64,000 nucleotides of DNA from Clostridium sp. 26_21 (lineage in GTDB: Bacteria > Bacillota > Clostridia > TANB77 > CAG-508). How positions within the stretch are numbered: position 1 is the stretch's first letter; every line of letters starts with the position of its first letter. The translations under genes and the position numbers were made by a program. Shown piece after piece: positions 28,052 to 38,405 of this stretch. The DNA lies in contig MNRO01000008.1 in NCBI GenBank assembly GCA_001915995.1, positions 44,099 to 108,098 of the forward strand. The letters run 5' to 3'. The notes under the pieces were generated by a model. It was not told the DNA's origin and made no database searches. It worked only from the letters and a program-made list of their open reading frames with translations.

Positions 28052-30769
28052 ATGGAAAAAAGTTGGTTTAATAAGACAAGCCAAGAAGTAGAACAAGAAT
28101 TAAAAACAGATTATCAAAAAGGTTTAAGTAGTAGTCAAGTCCAAGAAAACATGAAAAAATATGGACTAAATGAATTACAAGAAAAGAAAAAAGATTCATT
28201 ACTAAAAAAATTTTTAGAACAATTTAAAGATTTTTCAATAATTGTATTAATAATAGCAGCAATAGTATCAGGAGTAGTTGGAGTAGCACAAGGAGAAGGA
28301 TTTACAGATACAATAATAATATTAATAGTAGTAATATTAAATGCTGTAATAGGAGTAGCACAAGAAAGTAAAGCAGAAAAATCATTAGAAGCATTAAAAA
28401 AATTAAGCAGTCATGCATCAAAAGTAATAAGAAATGGAAAAGAGCAAGTGATACCAGCAAGAGAATTAGTACCAGGAGATCTTGTTATAATAGAAACAGG
28501 AGATTATATTGCAGCAGACTTAAGAATAATAGAAGCAGTAAATTTAAAATCACAAGAAGCATCACTTACAGGTGAATCAGTTCCAGTAGAAAAAATAACA
28601 GAGAAAATAGATGGAAACGAAATTGGAATTGGAGACAGAAAAAATATGTTATTTTCATCAAGTTTAATAACATATGGTAGAGGAAAAGCAATTGTAGTAA
28701 ATACAGGAATGAATACAGAAGTAGGAAAAATTGCAGGAATGTTAGATAATGCAGAAAAGCAAGAAACACCACTTCAACAAAAATTAAATGATTTGGGAAA
28801 AACTTTAGGAATAGCTTGTTTAGCAATATGTGCAGTAATATTTGTTATTGGATTATTACAAGGAAAAGAAATAATAGATATGTTTATGACAGCTGTATCA
28901 CTTGCAGTTGCAGTAATACCAGAAGGACTTGTTGCAGTATCAACAATTGTATTAGCAATTGGTGTTCAAAAAATGGTAAAAAAACATGCAATAGTAAAAA
29001 AATTACCAGCAGTTGAAACATTAGGAAGCAGTACAGTTATATGTTCTGACAAAACAGGAACATTAACACAAAATAAAATGACAGTAGAAAAAGTATTTTG
29101 TGATGATGAATTGCAAGATGTAAAAAAAGTAAATACAACAGAAGATTTCAAAAAATTAGTATATAATTGTATGTTATGTAATGATTCACGATTGCTAGAA
29201 GATGGACAATTAGCAGGAGATCCAACAGAAACAGCATTAGTTGATATGGCATTTAAACTAGATTATGAACAATCTATATATAGAGAAAATCCAAGAGTTG
29301 AAGAAGTTCCATTTGATTCAGAAAGAAAATTAATGACAACAGTTAATAAGAAAAATGGAAAATATATAGTATATACAAAAGGTGGAGTTGATGAATTATT
29401 AAAATGTTGTAACTCATTCTTATATAAAGGTGAAATAAGAACAAGTATAAACAATTATGCAAAATGGATAAGAGAAAACAATGAAAGAATGGCCAAAGAT
29501 GCTTTAAGAGTTTTAGCATTTGCATATAAGGAATTAGATTATATGCCATCAAAAACAGAAATGAAAACAATAGAAAGTGATTTAACATTTATTGGAATGG
29601 TTGGAATGATAGATCCACCAAGAATTGAAGCAAAAAAAGCAGTAGAAAAGTGTAAAAAAGCAGGAATAAAAACAGTAATGATTACAGGCGATCATAAAGT
29701 TACAGCAGTTGCAATAGCTAAAAAACTAGGAATATTAAAAGATGAAAGTGAAGCTTTAACAGGAACAGAATTAGAAAAAATGACTGATGAAGAATTAACA
29801 AAAAATGTTAGAAAATATTCTGTATATGCAAGAGTATCACCAGAACACAAAGTTAGAATAGTAAAAGCATGGCAAGCAAATGGAGAAGTTGTAGCAATGA
29901 CAGGTGATGGAGTAAATGATAGTCCAGCATTAAAAACAGCAGATATTGGATGTGCAATGGGAAAAGTAGGAACAGAAGTTGCAAAAGAAGCAGCAGATGT
30001 AATATTAACAGATGACAATTTTGCTACAATAGTATCAGCAGTTGAAGAAGGAAGGCGTATATATGACAATATATTAAAAGTAATTCAATTTTTACTTTCA
30101 TGTAATGTTGGAGAAGTTATCGTATTATTGTTAGCAACATTATTTGCACCACAAATAGGACAATGGTTTGGAATATCTGATATAACAATGATTCAAGTTT
30201 TATTACCAATACATATTTTATGGATAAACCTTGTAACAGACACATTTCCAGCATTAGCATTAGCATTTGATCCAGCAAATAAAGATATAATGGATAGAAA
30301 ACCAGTAAAAAGAAATGAAGGAATATTTACAAAAGGAAGAACATTTAGAATTATTTATCAAGGATTAATGATAGGATTACTTACACTTGCAGCATATTTG
30401 ATAGGGTTAGGAACAACACACAAAGCAATAGATGGATTAACACTAGAACAAACAAAAATAGAAGTTGGTCAAACAATGGCATTTATAGTTTTAGCATTTT
30501 CAGAATTAATACATGTATTTAATATAAGAGATAATAAAAATTCAATATTTAAAACAGGAATATTAGGAAATGGAGCTTTAATATTAGCAATATTAGCATC
30601 AGCATTATTAATGGTTGTAATATTATTTATACCACAATTAAGAACAATATTTAGTATTCCAATACTTCCAAGTGATAATATAATTGAAACAATTGTATTA
30701 GTGTTATCACCAATAATTATTGTTGAAATTATGAAATTATTTAAAGTAAATACAACAAGAGATGAATAA
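28052..30769 (+). CDS. calcium-translocating P-type ATPase (PMCA/YloB-like)
   Basis: Motifs CSDKTGTLT, TGES, MITGDH, TGDGVNDSPAL and PEGL. 905 aa with 10 predicted TM helices. Confidence 0.9.
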   Translation: MEKSWFNKTSQEVEQELKTDYQKGLSSSQVQENMKKYGLNELQEKKKDSLLKKFLEQFKDFSIIVLIIAAIVSGVVGVAQGEGFTDTIIILIVVILNAVIGVAQESKAEKSLEALKKLSSHASKVIRNGKEQVIPARELVPGDLVIIETGDYIAADLRIIEAVNLKSQEASLTGESVPVEKITEKIDGNEIGIGDRKNMLFSSSLITYGRGKAIVVNTGMNTEVGKIAGMLDNAEKQETPLQQKLNDLGKTLGIACLAICAVIFVIGLLQGKEIIDMFMTAVSLAVAVIPEGLVAVSTIVLAIGVQKMVKKHAIVKKLPAVETLGSSTVICSDKTGTLTQNKMTVEKVFCDDELQDVKKVNTTEDFKKLVYNCMLCNDSRLLEDGQLAGDPTETALVDMAFKLDYEQSIYRENPRVEEVPFDSERKLMTTVNKKNGKYIVYTKGGVDELLKCCNSFLYKGEIRTSINNYAKWIRENNERMAKDALRVLAFAYKELDYMPSKTEMKTIESDLTFIGMVGMIDPPRIEAKKAVEKCKKAGIKTVMITGDHKVTAVAIAKKLGILKDESEALTGTELEKMTDEELTKNVRKYSVYARVSPEHKVRIVKAWQANGEVVAMTGDGVNDSPALKTADIGCAMGKVGTEVAKEAADVILTDDNFATIVSAVEEGRRIYDNILKVIQFLLSCNVGEVIVLLLATLFAPQIGQWFGISDITMIQVLLPIHILWINLVTDTFPALALAFDPANKDIMDRKPVKRNEGIFTKGRTFRIIYQGLMIGLLTLAAYLIGLGTTHKAIDGLTLEQTKIEVGQTMAFIVLAFSELIHVFNIRDNKNSIFKTGILGNGALILAILASALLMVVILFIPQLRTIFSIPILPSDNIIETIVLVLSPIIIVEIMKLFKVNTTRDE

Positions 30770-30775
30770 AATTAA

Positions 30776-30820
30776 AAAGATAAGAAACTTTTCTTTGAAA
30801 AGTTTCTTATCTTTTTATTA
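30776..30820 (+). terminator. rho-independent terminator
   Basis: AAAGATAAGAAACTTTTC-ttt-GAAAAGTTTCTTATCTTT followed by TTATT. Confidence 0.75.
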
Positions 30821-30999
30821 TTATATATTGTAATTATAATTAATAATAACTTTATTTGAAGGATATATTGGATCATCTATCATTATTCTTGACCAATCAT
30901 TTTGTGAACTTTTATAATTTAAGGTTGAAATTTCATTATCATTTAATAGACCTTTTTCTTTTGATTATAAATTTATTTTAATAGATAATTAAATATATA

Positions 31000-31881
31000 T
31001 CAATAATGATTAAAAATTTTTTTCATATCTTCAGGTAATTCACAATAAATATCTATATTTTTATTTGAAATAGGGTGAACAAAAGAAATGTGATAACTAT
31101 GTAATGCATGTCTGTTAATCAAATCAGATTTAGAACCATACAAAAAATCACCAATAAGTGGATGACCAATTGAGCTAAAATGAACTCTTATTTGATGAGT
31201 ACGACCTGTTTGTAATACACATTTTACAATAGACATATTATCTAATTCTTTAATAACAGAATAGTCTGTAATTGCTATTTGACCATCTTGTGAAACACAT
31301 CTTTCAATAATACTTCCAGCTTTACGAGAAATAGGAAGATTAATGGTCCCAGATTTCTCATTTAAAATTCCAGAAACAATTGCTATATATTCTTTTTTTA
31401 ATATGTGTGAATTCATCTGTTTTATCAAACATTCTTGAATATATTCATTTTTTGCAAAAATTATAATTCCAGAGGTATCTAAATCGAGTCTATTAACAGG
31501 TCTAATTTTCTTTTTTAAACTAATAGAATCAAAATAAAATCTAACACCATTTGATAAGCTATCTGAAAAATGTAAAATAGATGGATGAACTGCAATTCCA
31601 GCAGGCTTGTTCAAAATTAATAGACCATCATCTTCGTATAAAATGTTAAGTTCCATTTTTGTTGGAACAATATTGTCATTTTCTTCTTCATAATTTAAAT
31701 CAACTTTTATGATATCTCCATTGGTAGGTGTTATACGTGTATCTATTGGAATATTGTTTAATAACACAAATCTATTACTAATTACTTTGTGCATTAATCT
31801 TGCTGAAAGATTGAATTCTTGCTTTAAAATTTGATTTATATTTGTATATTTATTATCTATAACTTTATATTCTAAGTACAT
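31000..31881 (-). CDS. RluA-family 23S rRNA pseudouridine synthase (S4 domain + catalytic domain)
   Basis: Catalytic VNRLDLDTSG and RTHQIRVH motifs, with an N-terminal S4-like domain. GGAGGA RBS before ATG 31881 (MYLEYKV...). The ORF-track start at 31926 lacks an RBS. Confidence 0.85.
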   Translation of the reverse strand: MYLEYKVIDNKYTNINQILKQEFNLSARLMHKVISNRFVLLNNIPIDTRITPTNGDIIKVDLNYEEENDNIVPTKMELNILYEDDGLLILNKPAGIAVHPSILHFSDSLSNGVRFYFDSISLKKKIRPVNRLDLDTSGIIIFAKNEYIQECLIKQMNSHILKKEYIAIVSGILNEKSGTINLPISRKAGSIIERCVSQDGQIAITDYSVIKELDNMSIVKCVLQTGRTHQIRVHFSSIGHPLIGDFLYGSKSDLINRHALHSYHISFVHPISNKNIDIYCELPEDMKKIFNHY

Positions 31882-32012
31882 ATTATCCTCCACAATTATT
31901 TTACAAAATCTTTTATAAATAGTCAAATTTATTGCAAAACTCCAAATACAAATTGACTATCTTGATAAAACTTGATATAATAACACATGGAAAAAAAGAA
32001 GGGAAAAAAATA

Positions 32013-32585
32013 ATGAACATAGTAGAAAAAATATTTAAACACATAAAACTAGTATCAAAACACAAATGGGTAGTATTCAAATTAGCATGTAAAGTAGGAA
32101 TACCATGGAGAGGATTCATGCATGATTGGTCAAAATTCTCACCAGAAGAATTTTTTGAAAGCATAAAATATTATAATGGTAAAAAAAGTCCTATAATAGT
32201 ATGCAAGCAAAAAAATGGATATTCAAAAGCATGGCTACACCACAAAGGAAGAAATAAACATCATCCAGAATATTGGGTAGATTGGGCATTACCACAAAAA
32301 GCAATAATAATGCCATATAAATATGCAGCAGAAATGGTATGTGACAAAATGGCAGCAGGAATAGTATATAATGGTAAAGATTGGAAACAAGATACACAAA
32401 TAAAATATTATATGAAAGAAAGAGAAACATCAATAGTACATCCACAAATAGACAAATTTTTATTAGAAATATTTACACAAGTAAGTGAGCAAGGAATAGA
32501 AAAAACACTTACCAAAAAGAATGTTAGAGAAGTATATGACAAATATTGTGTAAGAATGGAGAAATTAGATGAGAATAAGGTTTAA
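32013..32585 (+). CDS. conserved hypothetical protein (His/Trp-rich, about 190 aa)
   Basis: GAAGGG RBS before ATG 32013. MNIVEKIFKHIK...WRGFMHDWSKFSPEEFFESIKYYNG...WLHHKGRNKHHPEYW. No family assigned. Confidence 0.55.
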   Translation: MNIVEKIFKHIKLVSKHKWVVFKLACKVGIPWRGFMHDWSKFSPEEFFESIKYYNGKKSPIIVCKQKNGYSKAWLHHKGRNKHHPEYWVDWALPQKAIIMPYKYAAEMVCDKMAAGIVYNGKDWKQDTQIKYYMKERETSIVHPQIDKFLLEIFTQVSEQGIEKTLTKKNVREVYDKYCVRMEKLDENKV

Positions 32586-33234
32586 ACCATGGGCAAGACC
32601 AGAACTAGAATCAAGTGAATTTTATAGAGATAATCCAGAAGAATTAAAAGGAAAATGGATACAAGAATTTAAAAATAAAGAAAATCCAATACATTTAGAA
32701 TTAGGATGTGGAAAAGGACAATTTATATCACAAATAGCATTCCAAAATCCAGAAATAAATTATATTGCAATAGATTTAGTAGATGCAATGTTAGGACTAG
32801 CCAAAAGAACAGTTGAACAAACATATAATGAAGCAAATAAAGAAATAGATAATGTATTATTAACAAGGTTTGACATAGAAAGAATAGGATTAATACTATC
32901 TAAAGAAGACAATATTAAAAGAATATATATAAATTTCTGTAATCCTTGGCCAAAGGGAAAACACAGAAAAAAGAGATTAACACATACAAGACAATTAGAA
33001 AAATATAAAGAATTTTTAGCAAATGATGCAGAGATTTACTTCAAAACAGATGATGATGATTTATTTAGAGCAAGTTTAGGATATTTTGAAGAAGCAGGTT
33101 TTGAAATAATAAATAAAACATATGATTTACATAGTGAACCAATATGGAAAAACAACATAGAAACAGAACATGAAAAAATGTTTTCAGAACAAGGAATAAA
33201 AATAAAAGCATTAATAGCAAAAATAAAAAATTAA
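32569..33234 (+). CDS. trmB: tRNA (guanine46-N7)-methyltransferase
   Basis: LELGCGKGQF SAM-binding motif, then NFCNPWPKGKHRKKRL. 221 aa. Confidence 0.9.
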   Translation: MRIRFKPWARPELESSEFYRDNPEELKGKWIQEFKNKENPIHLELGCGKGQFISQIAFQNPEINYIAIDLVDAMLGLAKRTVEQTYNEANKEIDNVLLTRFDIERIGLILSKEDNIKRIYINFCNPWPKGKHRKKRLTHTRQLEKYKEFLANDAEIYFKTDDDDLFRASLGYFEEAGFEIINKTYDLHSEPIWKNNIETEHEKMFSEQGIKIKALIAKIKN

Positions 33235-33258
33235 ATGAACAAAGGAGTCTTGATAAAA

Positions 33259-33735
33259 ATGAAGAAAAAAAGAGTATTATTTATATCAAGTACAGGTGGA
33301 CATTTTAATGAATTACAACAATTACAACCATTATTTGAAAAATATGATTATCATATAATAACAGAAAAGGATAAATCAACAGAAAAATTAACAGAAAAAT
33401 ATGGTGATAAAATAATGTATTTACCATATGGAACAAGACAAAAATTATTTAGATATATTTTTATTTACACTTTTCTATGTTTTAAAACAATATATTTATA
33501 CTTTAAATTAAGACCACAATATATAGTAACAACAGGAACACATACAGCAGGACCAATGTGTTATTTAGGAAAAATATTTGGAAGTAAAATAATATATATA
33601 GAAACATTTGCAAATAGAAATAGAAAAACTGCAACAGGAAGACTAGTTTACCCAATAGCAGATTTATTTATTGTACAATGGGAAGAATTATTAAAAATAT
33701 ATCCTAAAGCTGTATATGGAGGTGCAATATATTGA
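33259..33735 (+). CDS. Alg14-like glycosyltransferase accessory subunit (PssD/Cps14F/EpsE family)
   Basis: RVLFISSTGGHFNEL...IVTTGTHTAGP membrane-anchored Alg14-like fold. AAAGGAG RBS before ATG 33259. An alternative start at 33235 is possible. Confidence 0.7.
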   Translation: MKKKRVLFISSTGGHFNELQQLQPLFEKYDYHIITEKDKSTEKLTEKYGDKIMYLPYGTRQKLFRYIFIYTFLCFKTIYLYFKLRPQYIVTTGTHTAGPMCYLGKIFGSKIIYIETFANRNRKTATGRLVYPIADLFIVQWEELLKIYPKAVYGGAIY

Positions 33736-34205
33736 TATTAGTAACATTAGGAACACAGAATAATAGTTTCCATAGATTATTAGAAGAAGTTCAAAAAAAT
33801 ATAGATAATGGAAAAATAAAAGAAGAAGTTGTTGTACAAAGTGGATATACAAAATTTAATTCACCTAATATGAAAATACTAGATGAGGTACCACAAGATG
33901 AGTTTGCAAAATTAGTAGATAAAGCAGATTTAATTATTACACATGGAGGAGTAGGATCAATAATAACAGCTATAACAAAAGGAAAAAAAGTAATAGCAGT
34001 TCCAAGATTAGGAAAATATAATGAACATGTTAATGACCATCAAGTAGAAATAATAGAATCATTTAATGAAAAAGGATATATAATAGGATTACATGATGTA
34101 AGTGAATTGAGCGAAGCATTAGACAAAGTAAAAAATTTTATTCCTCAAAAATATGTAAAAAATACAGGAAAAATATTAAAAATTGTCGAAGATTTTATTG
34201 GATAG
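33732..34205 (+). CDS. Alg13-like glycosyltransferase catalytic subunit (PssE/Cps14G/EpsF family, GT28 C-terminal domain)
   Basis: MILVTLGTQ...LIITHGGVGSIITAI...VPRLGKYNEHVNDHQVE. It overlaps the upstream partner by 4 nt. Confidence 0.7.
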   Translation: MILVTLGTQNNSFHRLLEEVQKNIDNGKIKEEVVVQSGYTKFNSPNMKILDEVPQDEFAKLVDKADLIITHGGVGSIITAITKGKKVIAVPRLGKYNEHVNDHQVEIIESFNEKGYIIGLHDVSELSEALDKVKNFIPQKYVKNTGKILKIVEDFIG

Positions 34206-34374
34206 AAGAGACTATTTTAAAAAAGTTACAAAGAATTTACAAATAAGAGATAAATAGAGAAAAAAGGACAAAATTTCGTAAAAATTTTGTCCTTTAGCTA
34301 TTGCAAAAAAAGTATATTATTGTTATGATATGTAAGAGTAAAAATGTATAAAATACTTCGAAAGGGAAAGAAAA

Positions 34375-35061
34375 ATGATAGAATTTAAGAATGTTTGTAA
34401 AAAATATAGTACAGGAACAGAAGCGGTAAAAAATGCAAGTTTTAAAATTGAAAAGGGTGAATTTGCATTTTTAGTAGGAAGTTCAGGTAGTGGAAAATCA
34501 ACATTAATTAAATTAATATTAAAAGAAGAAGAACCAACAAGTGGAAACATAATAATAAATGGAAAAGATACAACATTTTTAAAAAAAAGCAGAGTACCAT
34601 ATTTAAGAAGAAGTATGGGAATAGTATTCCAAGACTTCAGATTATTACCTGATAAAACAGTATATGAAAATGTAGCTTTTGCAATGTATATAGTAAAAGC
34701 TACGCCAAGACATATTCGTAGACAAGTGCCAATGGTATTATCACTAGTAGGATTAAGTGGAAAAGCTAAAATGTATCCAAATGAATTATCTGGTGGAGAG
34801 CAACAGAGAGTAGCACTAGCAAGAGCATTGGTAAACAATCCATCAATGATAATTGCAGATGAACCTACAGGAAATTTAGATCCTGATACAGCATGGGATA
34901 TAATGAACTTATTAAATGAAATAAATTTAAGAGGAACAACAGTTATTGTTGCAACACATGCAAAAGATATAGTTGATCAAATGAGAAAAAGAGTAATACA
35001 TATACACAAGGGTGTAATCGTAAAAGATGATAAAAAAGGTGGGTATGACTGTGAGATTTAA
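34375..35061 (+). CDS. ftsE: cell-division ATP-binding protein FtsE
   Basis: GSSGSGKST Walker A, LSGGEQQRVALARAL and IIADEPTGNLD. 228 aa. Confidence 0.92.
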   Translation: MIEFKNVCKKYSTGTEAVKNASFKIEKGEFAFLVGSSGSGKSTLIKLILKEEEPTSGNIIINGKDTTFLKKSRVPYLRRSMGIVFQDFRLLPDKTVYENVAFAMYIVKATPRHIRRQVPMVLSLVGLSGKAKMYPNELSGGEQQRVALARALVNNPSMIIADEPTGNLDPDTAWDIMNLLNEINLRGTTVIVATHAKDIVDQMRKRVIHIHKGVIVKDDKKGGYDCEI

Positions 35062-35944
35062 TGTTATAAGTTATTTATTAAAAGAAGGAATTAGGAATGT
35101 ATTTAAAAATAAAAAGTCAACAATATCATGTTTAATGATAATGTGTGCAACAATGCTTATATTTGGATTATTTTTAGTTATAGGAGAAAATATTAATGCA
35201 TTTGTTAAAAGTGTAGCAGATGCACAAGGAATAATGGTGTATCTAAAAACAGGAGCAACAGATGAAGAAATTGAACAAGTTGGAAAAGATATATTACAAA
35301 TAGATGGTGTAAGAGATGCAAAATATATTTCAAATACAGAAGGACTTGAATCAATGAGAGAAACATTGGGAGATAAAATGATTGAAGGGTATACCACAGA
35401 TAATATATTACCAGCAAGTTATGAAGTAACACTTACTGATTTGGAATTGAGCTCAGATGTACAGGAAAGTTTAAAACAGATCCCCAATGTAGATGATATA
35501 CGTTCAAGCAATATTATAATTGAACAAATAATAAGATTAGCAAAAGGAATAAAAATTGTTACATGGGTAATTTTAATATTACTTATAATAATTTCTACTG
35601 CAATAATATCAAATACAATAAAATTAACAGTACATGCAAGAAGAAAAGAAATATCAATAATGAAATATGTAGGAGCAACAAATAGTTTTATCAGATGGCC
35701 ATTTTTAGTAGAAGGTGTTATTATAGGAGTTATAGCAGGAGCAATATCTGTTGGAATTATAGGTTTAGCATATACATATATAGTTGGAAAAGTTTCAGGG
35801 ACATCGTTCTTTGAAATTGCTAATATAAATTTTATAGATTTTTCAAGTATGAGTGAATTATTAATATTAGTATATTTAGGATTAGGAATAGGAGTTGGAG
35901 CAATAGGAAGTACAATATCTATGAAAAAATATTTAGAAGTTTAG
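35045..35944 (+). CDS. ftsX: cell-division permease FtsX
   Basis: 4-TM FtsX fold with a large first extracellular loop. It overlaps the ftsE end. The start could be 35027 or 35045. Confidence 0.85.
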   Translation: MTVRFNVISYLLKEGIRNVFKNKKSTISCLMIMCATMLIFGLFLVIGENINAFVKSVADAQGIMVYLKTGATDEEIEQVGKDILQIDGVRDAKYISNTEGLESMRETLGDKMIEGYTTDNILPASYEVTLTDLELSSDVQESLKQIPNVDDIRSSNIIIEQIIRLAKGIKIVTWVILILLIIISTAIISNTIKLTVHARRKEISIMKYVGATNSFIRWPFLVEGVIIGVIAGAISVGIIGLAYTYIVGKVSGTSFFEIANINFIDFSSMSELLILVYLGLGIGVGAIGSTISMKKYLEV

Positions 35945-35955
35945 GAGGTTAAAAT

Positions 35956-37161
35956 ATGCGCAAATATATAATTATTATCTCAATGATTGTAACTATAACT
36001 TTCTCAAATATTTGCGTATATGCAGAAAATATTACAGAATTACAAGAAAAGTCAAATCAAATAAATGAAAATATTACAGAGACAACCAATAGACTTCAAG
36101 CAGTGCAAGAAGAAGTATCTGAAAATATGAAACAATTACAAGAATTAGATGTACAATTGGCCCAATCAGAAGAAGAATTAAATAAAATAAACATAGAAGT
36201 TAGTAATTTAACAAGTCAAATTGCAGAAAATGAACAAAAATTATCAAAAGTACAATCTCAATATGATAAAATAAAAAATGTTTTAGATGCAAGAGTAATA
36301 GAAATGTATAAGTCAGATAATTTACAGTTTTTAGGAGTGTTATTGGCAGCTAAAAATGTAAAAGAACTAATAAAAACATATGAAAAATTAATTTTACTAA
36401 GCAAATATGATAAAGGACTATTAGATAATGCAGAACAACAAATAGAAGAAATTCAGACAACCAAAAAAATATTAGACGAAAAAAAGAAACAAGTAGTTGA
36501 AAGTAAGCAATTGCAACAAAGGAAAACACAAGTAGTACAAAACTCAAAAACAAGAAGAGAATATTATTTAAGTAAATTAACAAAACAGGAGCAGGAACTT
36601 CAAGCACAAATTGATGAATATAATACACAAGTAACTCAAATAGAAAATGAAATAAAAATATTAGCTTTAGGAAGTATAAGCGAAGATTATATAGGAGGAG
36701 TTTTTGTATGGCCTGTTCCTGGAAGAACATCATTAACATCTCTTTATGGAATGAGAGTACATCCAATAACAGGAGCATATAAGTTACATACAGGAATAGA
36801 TATAAGTGCACCACTAGGAACAAATTTTGTAGCTGCTGCGAATGGAGTTGTTTCTAAAGCAACATATAATACTGCATATGGTAATATGGTAATAATTGAT
36901 CATGGTGGAGGAGTACAAACATTATATGCACATGGAAATTCAATTTTAGTACAAGTTGGAGATGAAGTTAAGGCAGGAACACCAATTTTGGAAGTAGGCT
37001 CAACAGGATATTCAACAGGACCACATGCACATTTTGAAATAAGAATAAATGGTCAAACAGTAAATCCATTAGATTATTATCAGAATAAAAATAATATAAC
37101 ATCAAGTACTAAAGAAAAAAATGAAACAAAAAATACGGTAGAAAGTACAGAAAACAATTAG
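35956..37161 (+). CDS. coiled-coil M23 peptidoglycan endopeptidase (PcsB/EnvC-like), copy A
   Basis: Signal peptide, about 230 aa of heptad coiled coil, then a C-terminal LytM/M23 domain (HTGIDISAP...GNMVIIDHGGG...GSTGYSTGPHAHFEIR). Confidence 0.85.
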   Translation: MRKYIIIISMIVTITFSNICVYAENITELQEKSNQINENITETTNRLQAVQEEVSENMKQLQELDVQLAQSEEELNKINIEVSNLTSQIAENEQKLSKVQSQYDKIKNVLDARVIEMYKSDNLQFLGVLLAAKNVKELIKTYEKLILLSKYDKGLLDNAEQQIEEIQTTKKILDEKKKQVVESKQLQQRKTQVVQNSKTRREYYLSKLTKQEQELQAQIDEYNTQVTQIENEIKILALGSISEDYIGGVFVWPVPGRTSLTSLYGMRVHPITGAYKLHTGIDISAPLGTNFVAAANGVVSKATYNTAYGNMVIIDHGGGVQTLYAHGNSILVQVGDEVKAGTPILEVGSTGYSTGPHAHFEIRINGQTVNPLDYYQNKNNITSSTKEKNETKNTVESTENN

Positions 37162-37193
37162 AATTCTTGAAAATACAAGAAAGGAAAAATGTT

Positions 37194-38366
37194 ATGAAAA
37201 ACAAAATGGTAGAGATTTTTGGAATAATGGTAGCATTTGTTATAATTTTTCAGAATATATCTTATGCTACAAATTCTAAATCTAGTTTAAAAAATCAACA
37301 ATCTGAAATTGATGATAAAATTGACAGTTTAAAAAATGAACAGAAAGAAATACAAGCAAATAAATCTGAAACGATGCAGTCTGTAGAAAATTTAATATAT
37401 CAAATCTCAACAGTTGAAAATGAGATCAATGATTTAAAGAGCCAAGTTAAAGATTTACAAGCACAAATTTATGCAACAGAAAAAGACATAGAACAGAAAG
37501 AAGAAGAATATAATAAACAAAAAGAATTGTTAGATGCTAGAGTAATAGCTTTATATAAAAATGGAGATAATTCATATTTAGAAATATTTTTGTCATCATC
37601 TAATTTGAAAGATTTTTTATCAAAATATTATTATGCAGAAGCACTTATGAATGCAGATAAAGAATTTATGAGTAAGGTAACTGACGAAAAAAATCAAATT
37701 GAAGAGAGAAAAAAAGAACTAGAAAAAAGTAAAAATGATTTAAATGATGCGCTTTCTGCACAACAATCAAAACAAAATTCATTAGAGAGATTAAAATCTG
37801 AAAAAGAATCTTATGCAGCAAAATTAACAGCAGATGAAAAAGAAAAGCAAAAGGAAATAGAAAGATTTGAAGAAGATAAAAGACAAATACAAGCAGAGCT
37901 AGAGCGAATTGCAAAAGAAGAAGAAGAAAAAAATAGACAAAATATAATTTCACAACCAAGTGCAAGTGGATATATTTTTCCAGTTCAAGGATTATCAAAA
38001 TCAAATATAAATAATAAAAATTATCCATCATATGCAGGGCATACAGGTGTTGATGTAAATATTGGAGTTGTTGGAAAAAATGTAGTTGCAGTAAAGTCAG
38101 GTACAGTTGTTATATCAACAGCACGTATAAGTAATGGAAGATATTATAGTTATGGTGAATATATTGTTATAAGTCACGGAGATGGGACGATGACATTATA
38201 TGGACACATGTTAGCTGGTTCAAGAAAGGTACAAAGAGGAGAACATGTTTCACAAGGTCAAGTTATAGGAACAGTTGGATCAACAGGAAATTCAACAGGA
38301 ACACATCTACATTTTGAAGTTAGAGTTGGAGGAAAACCTGTAAATCCATTACCATATTTACCATAG
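37194..38366 (+). CDS. coiled-coil M23 peptidoglycan endopeptidase, copy B (paralog)
   Basis: Same architecture as copy A (HTGVDV...GSTGNSTGTHLHFEVR). AAGGAAA RBS 6 nt before ATG 37194. Confidence 0.85.
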   Translation: MKNKMVEIFGIMVAFVIIFQNISYATNSKSSLKNQQSEIDDKIDSLKNEQKEIQANKSETMQSVENLIYQISTVENEINDLKSQVKDLQAQIYATEKDIEQKEEEYNKQKELLDARVIALYKNGDNSYLEIFLSSSNLKDFLSKYYYAEALMNADKEFMSKVTDEKNQIEERKKELEKSKNDLNDALSAQQSKQNSLERLKSEKESYAAKLTADEKEKQKEIERFEEDKRQIQAELERIAKEEEEKNRQNIISQPSASGYIFPVQGLSKSNINNKNYPSYAGHTGVDVNIGVVGKNVVAVKSGTVVISTARISNGRYYSYGEYIVISHGDGTMTLYGHMLAGSRKVQRGEHVSQGQVIGTVGSTGNSTGTHLHFEVRVGGKPVNPLPYLP

Positions 38367-38405
38367 ATTTACAAATGTAAAATATATTTAAAGGAGTTTT
38401 TTAAA

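Noticed and set aside
28816-29016. 66-aa plus-strand ORF inside the P-type ATPase gene
   Set aside because: It is an alternate frame of a gene with continuous P-type ATPase motifs. The product is Cys/Asn/Ser-rich nonsense.
31913-32164. 83-aa minus-strand ORF overlapping the rluA start and the 32013 gene
   Set aside because: It overlaps two better-supported genes and has no RBS. The product is hydrophobic and low-complexity.
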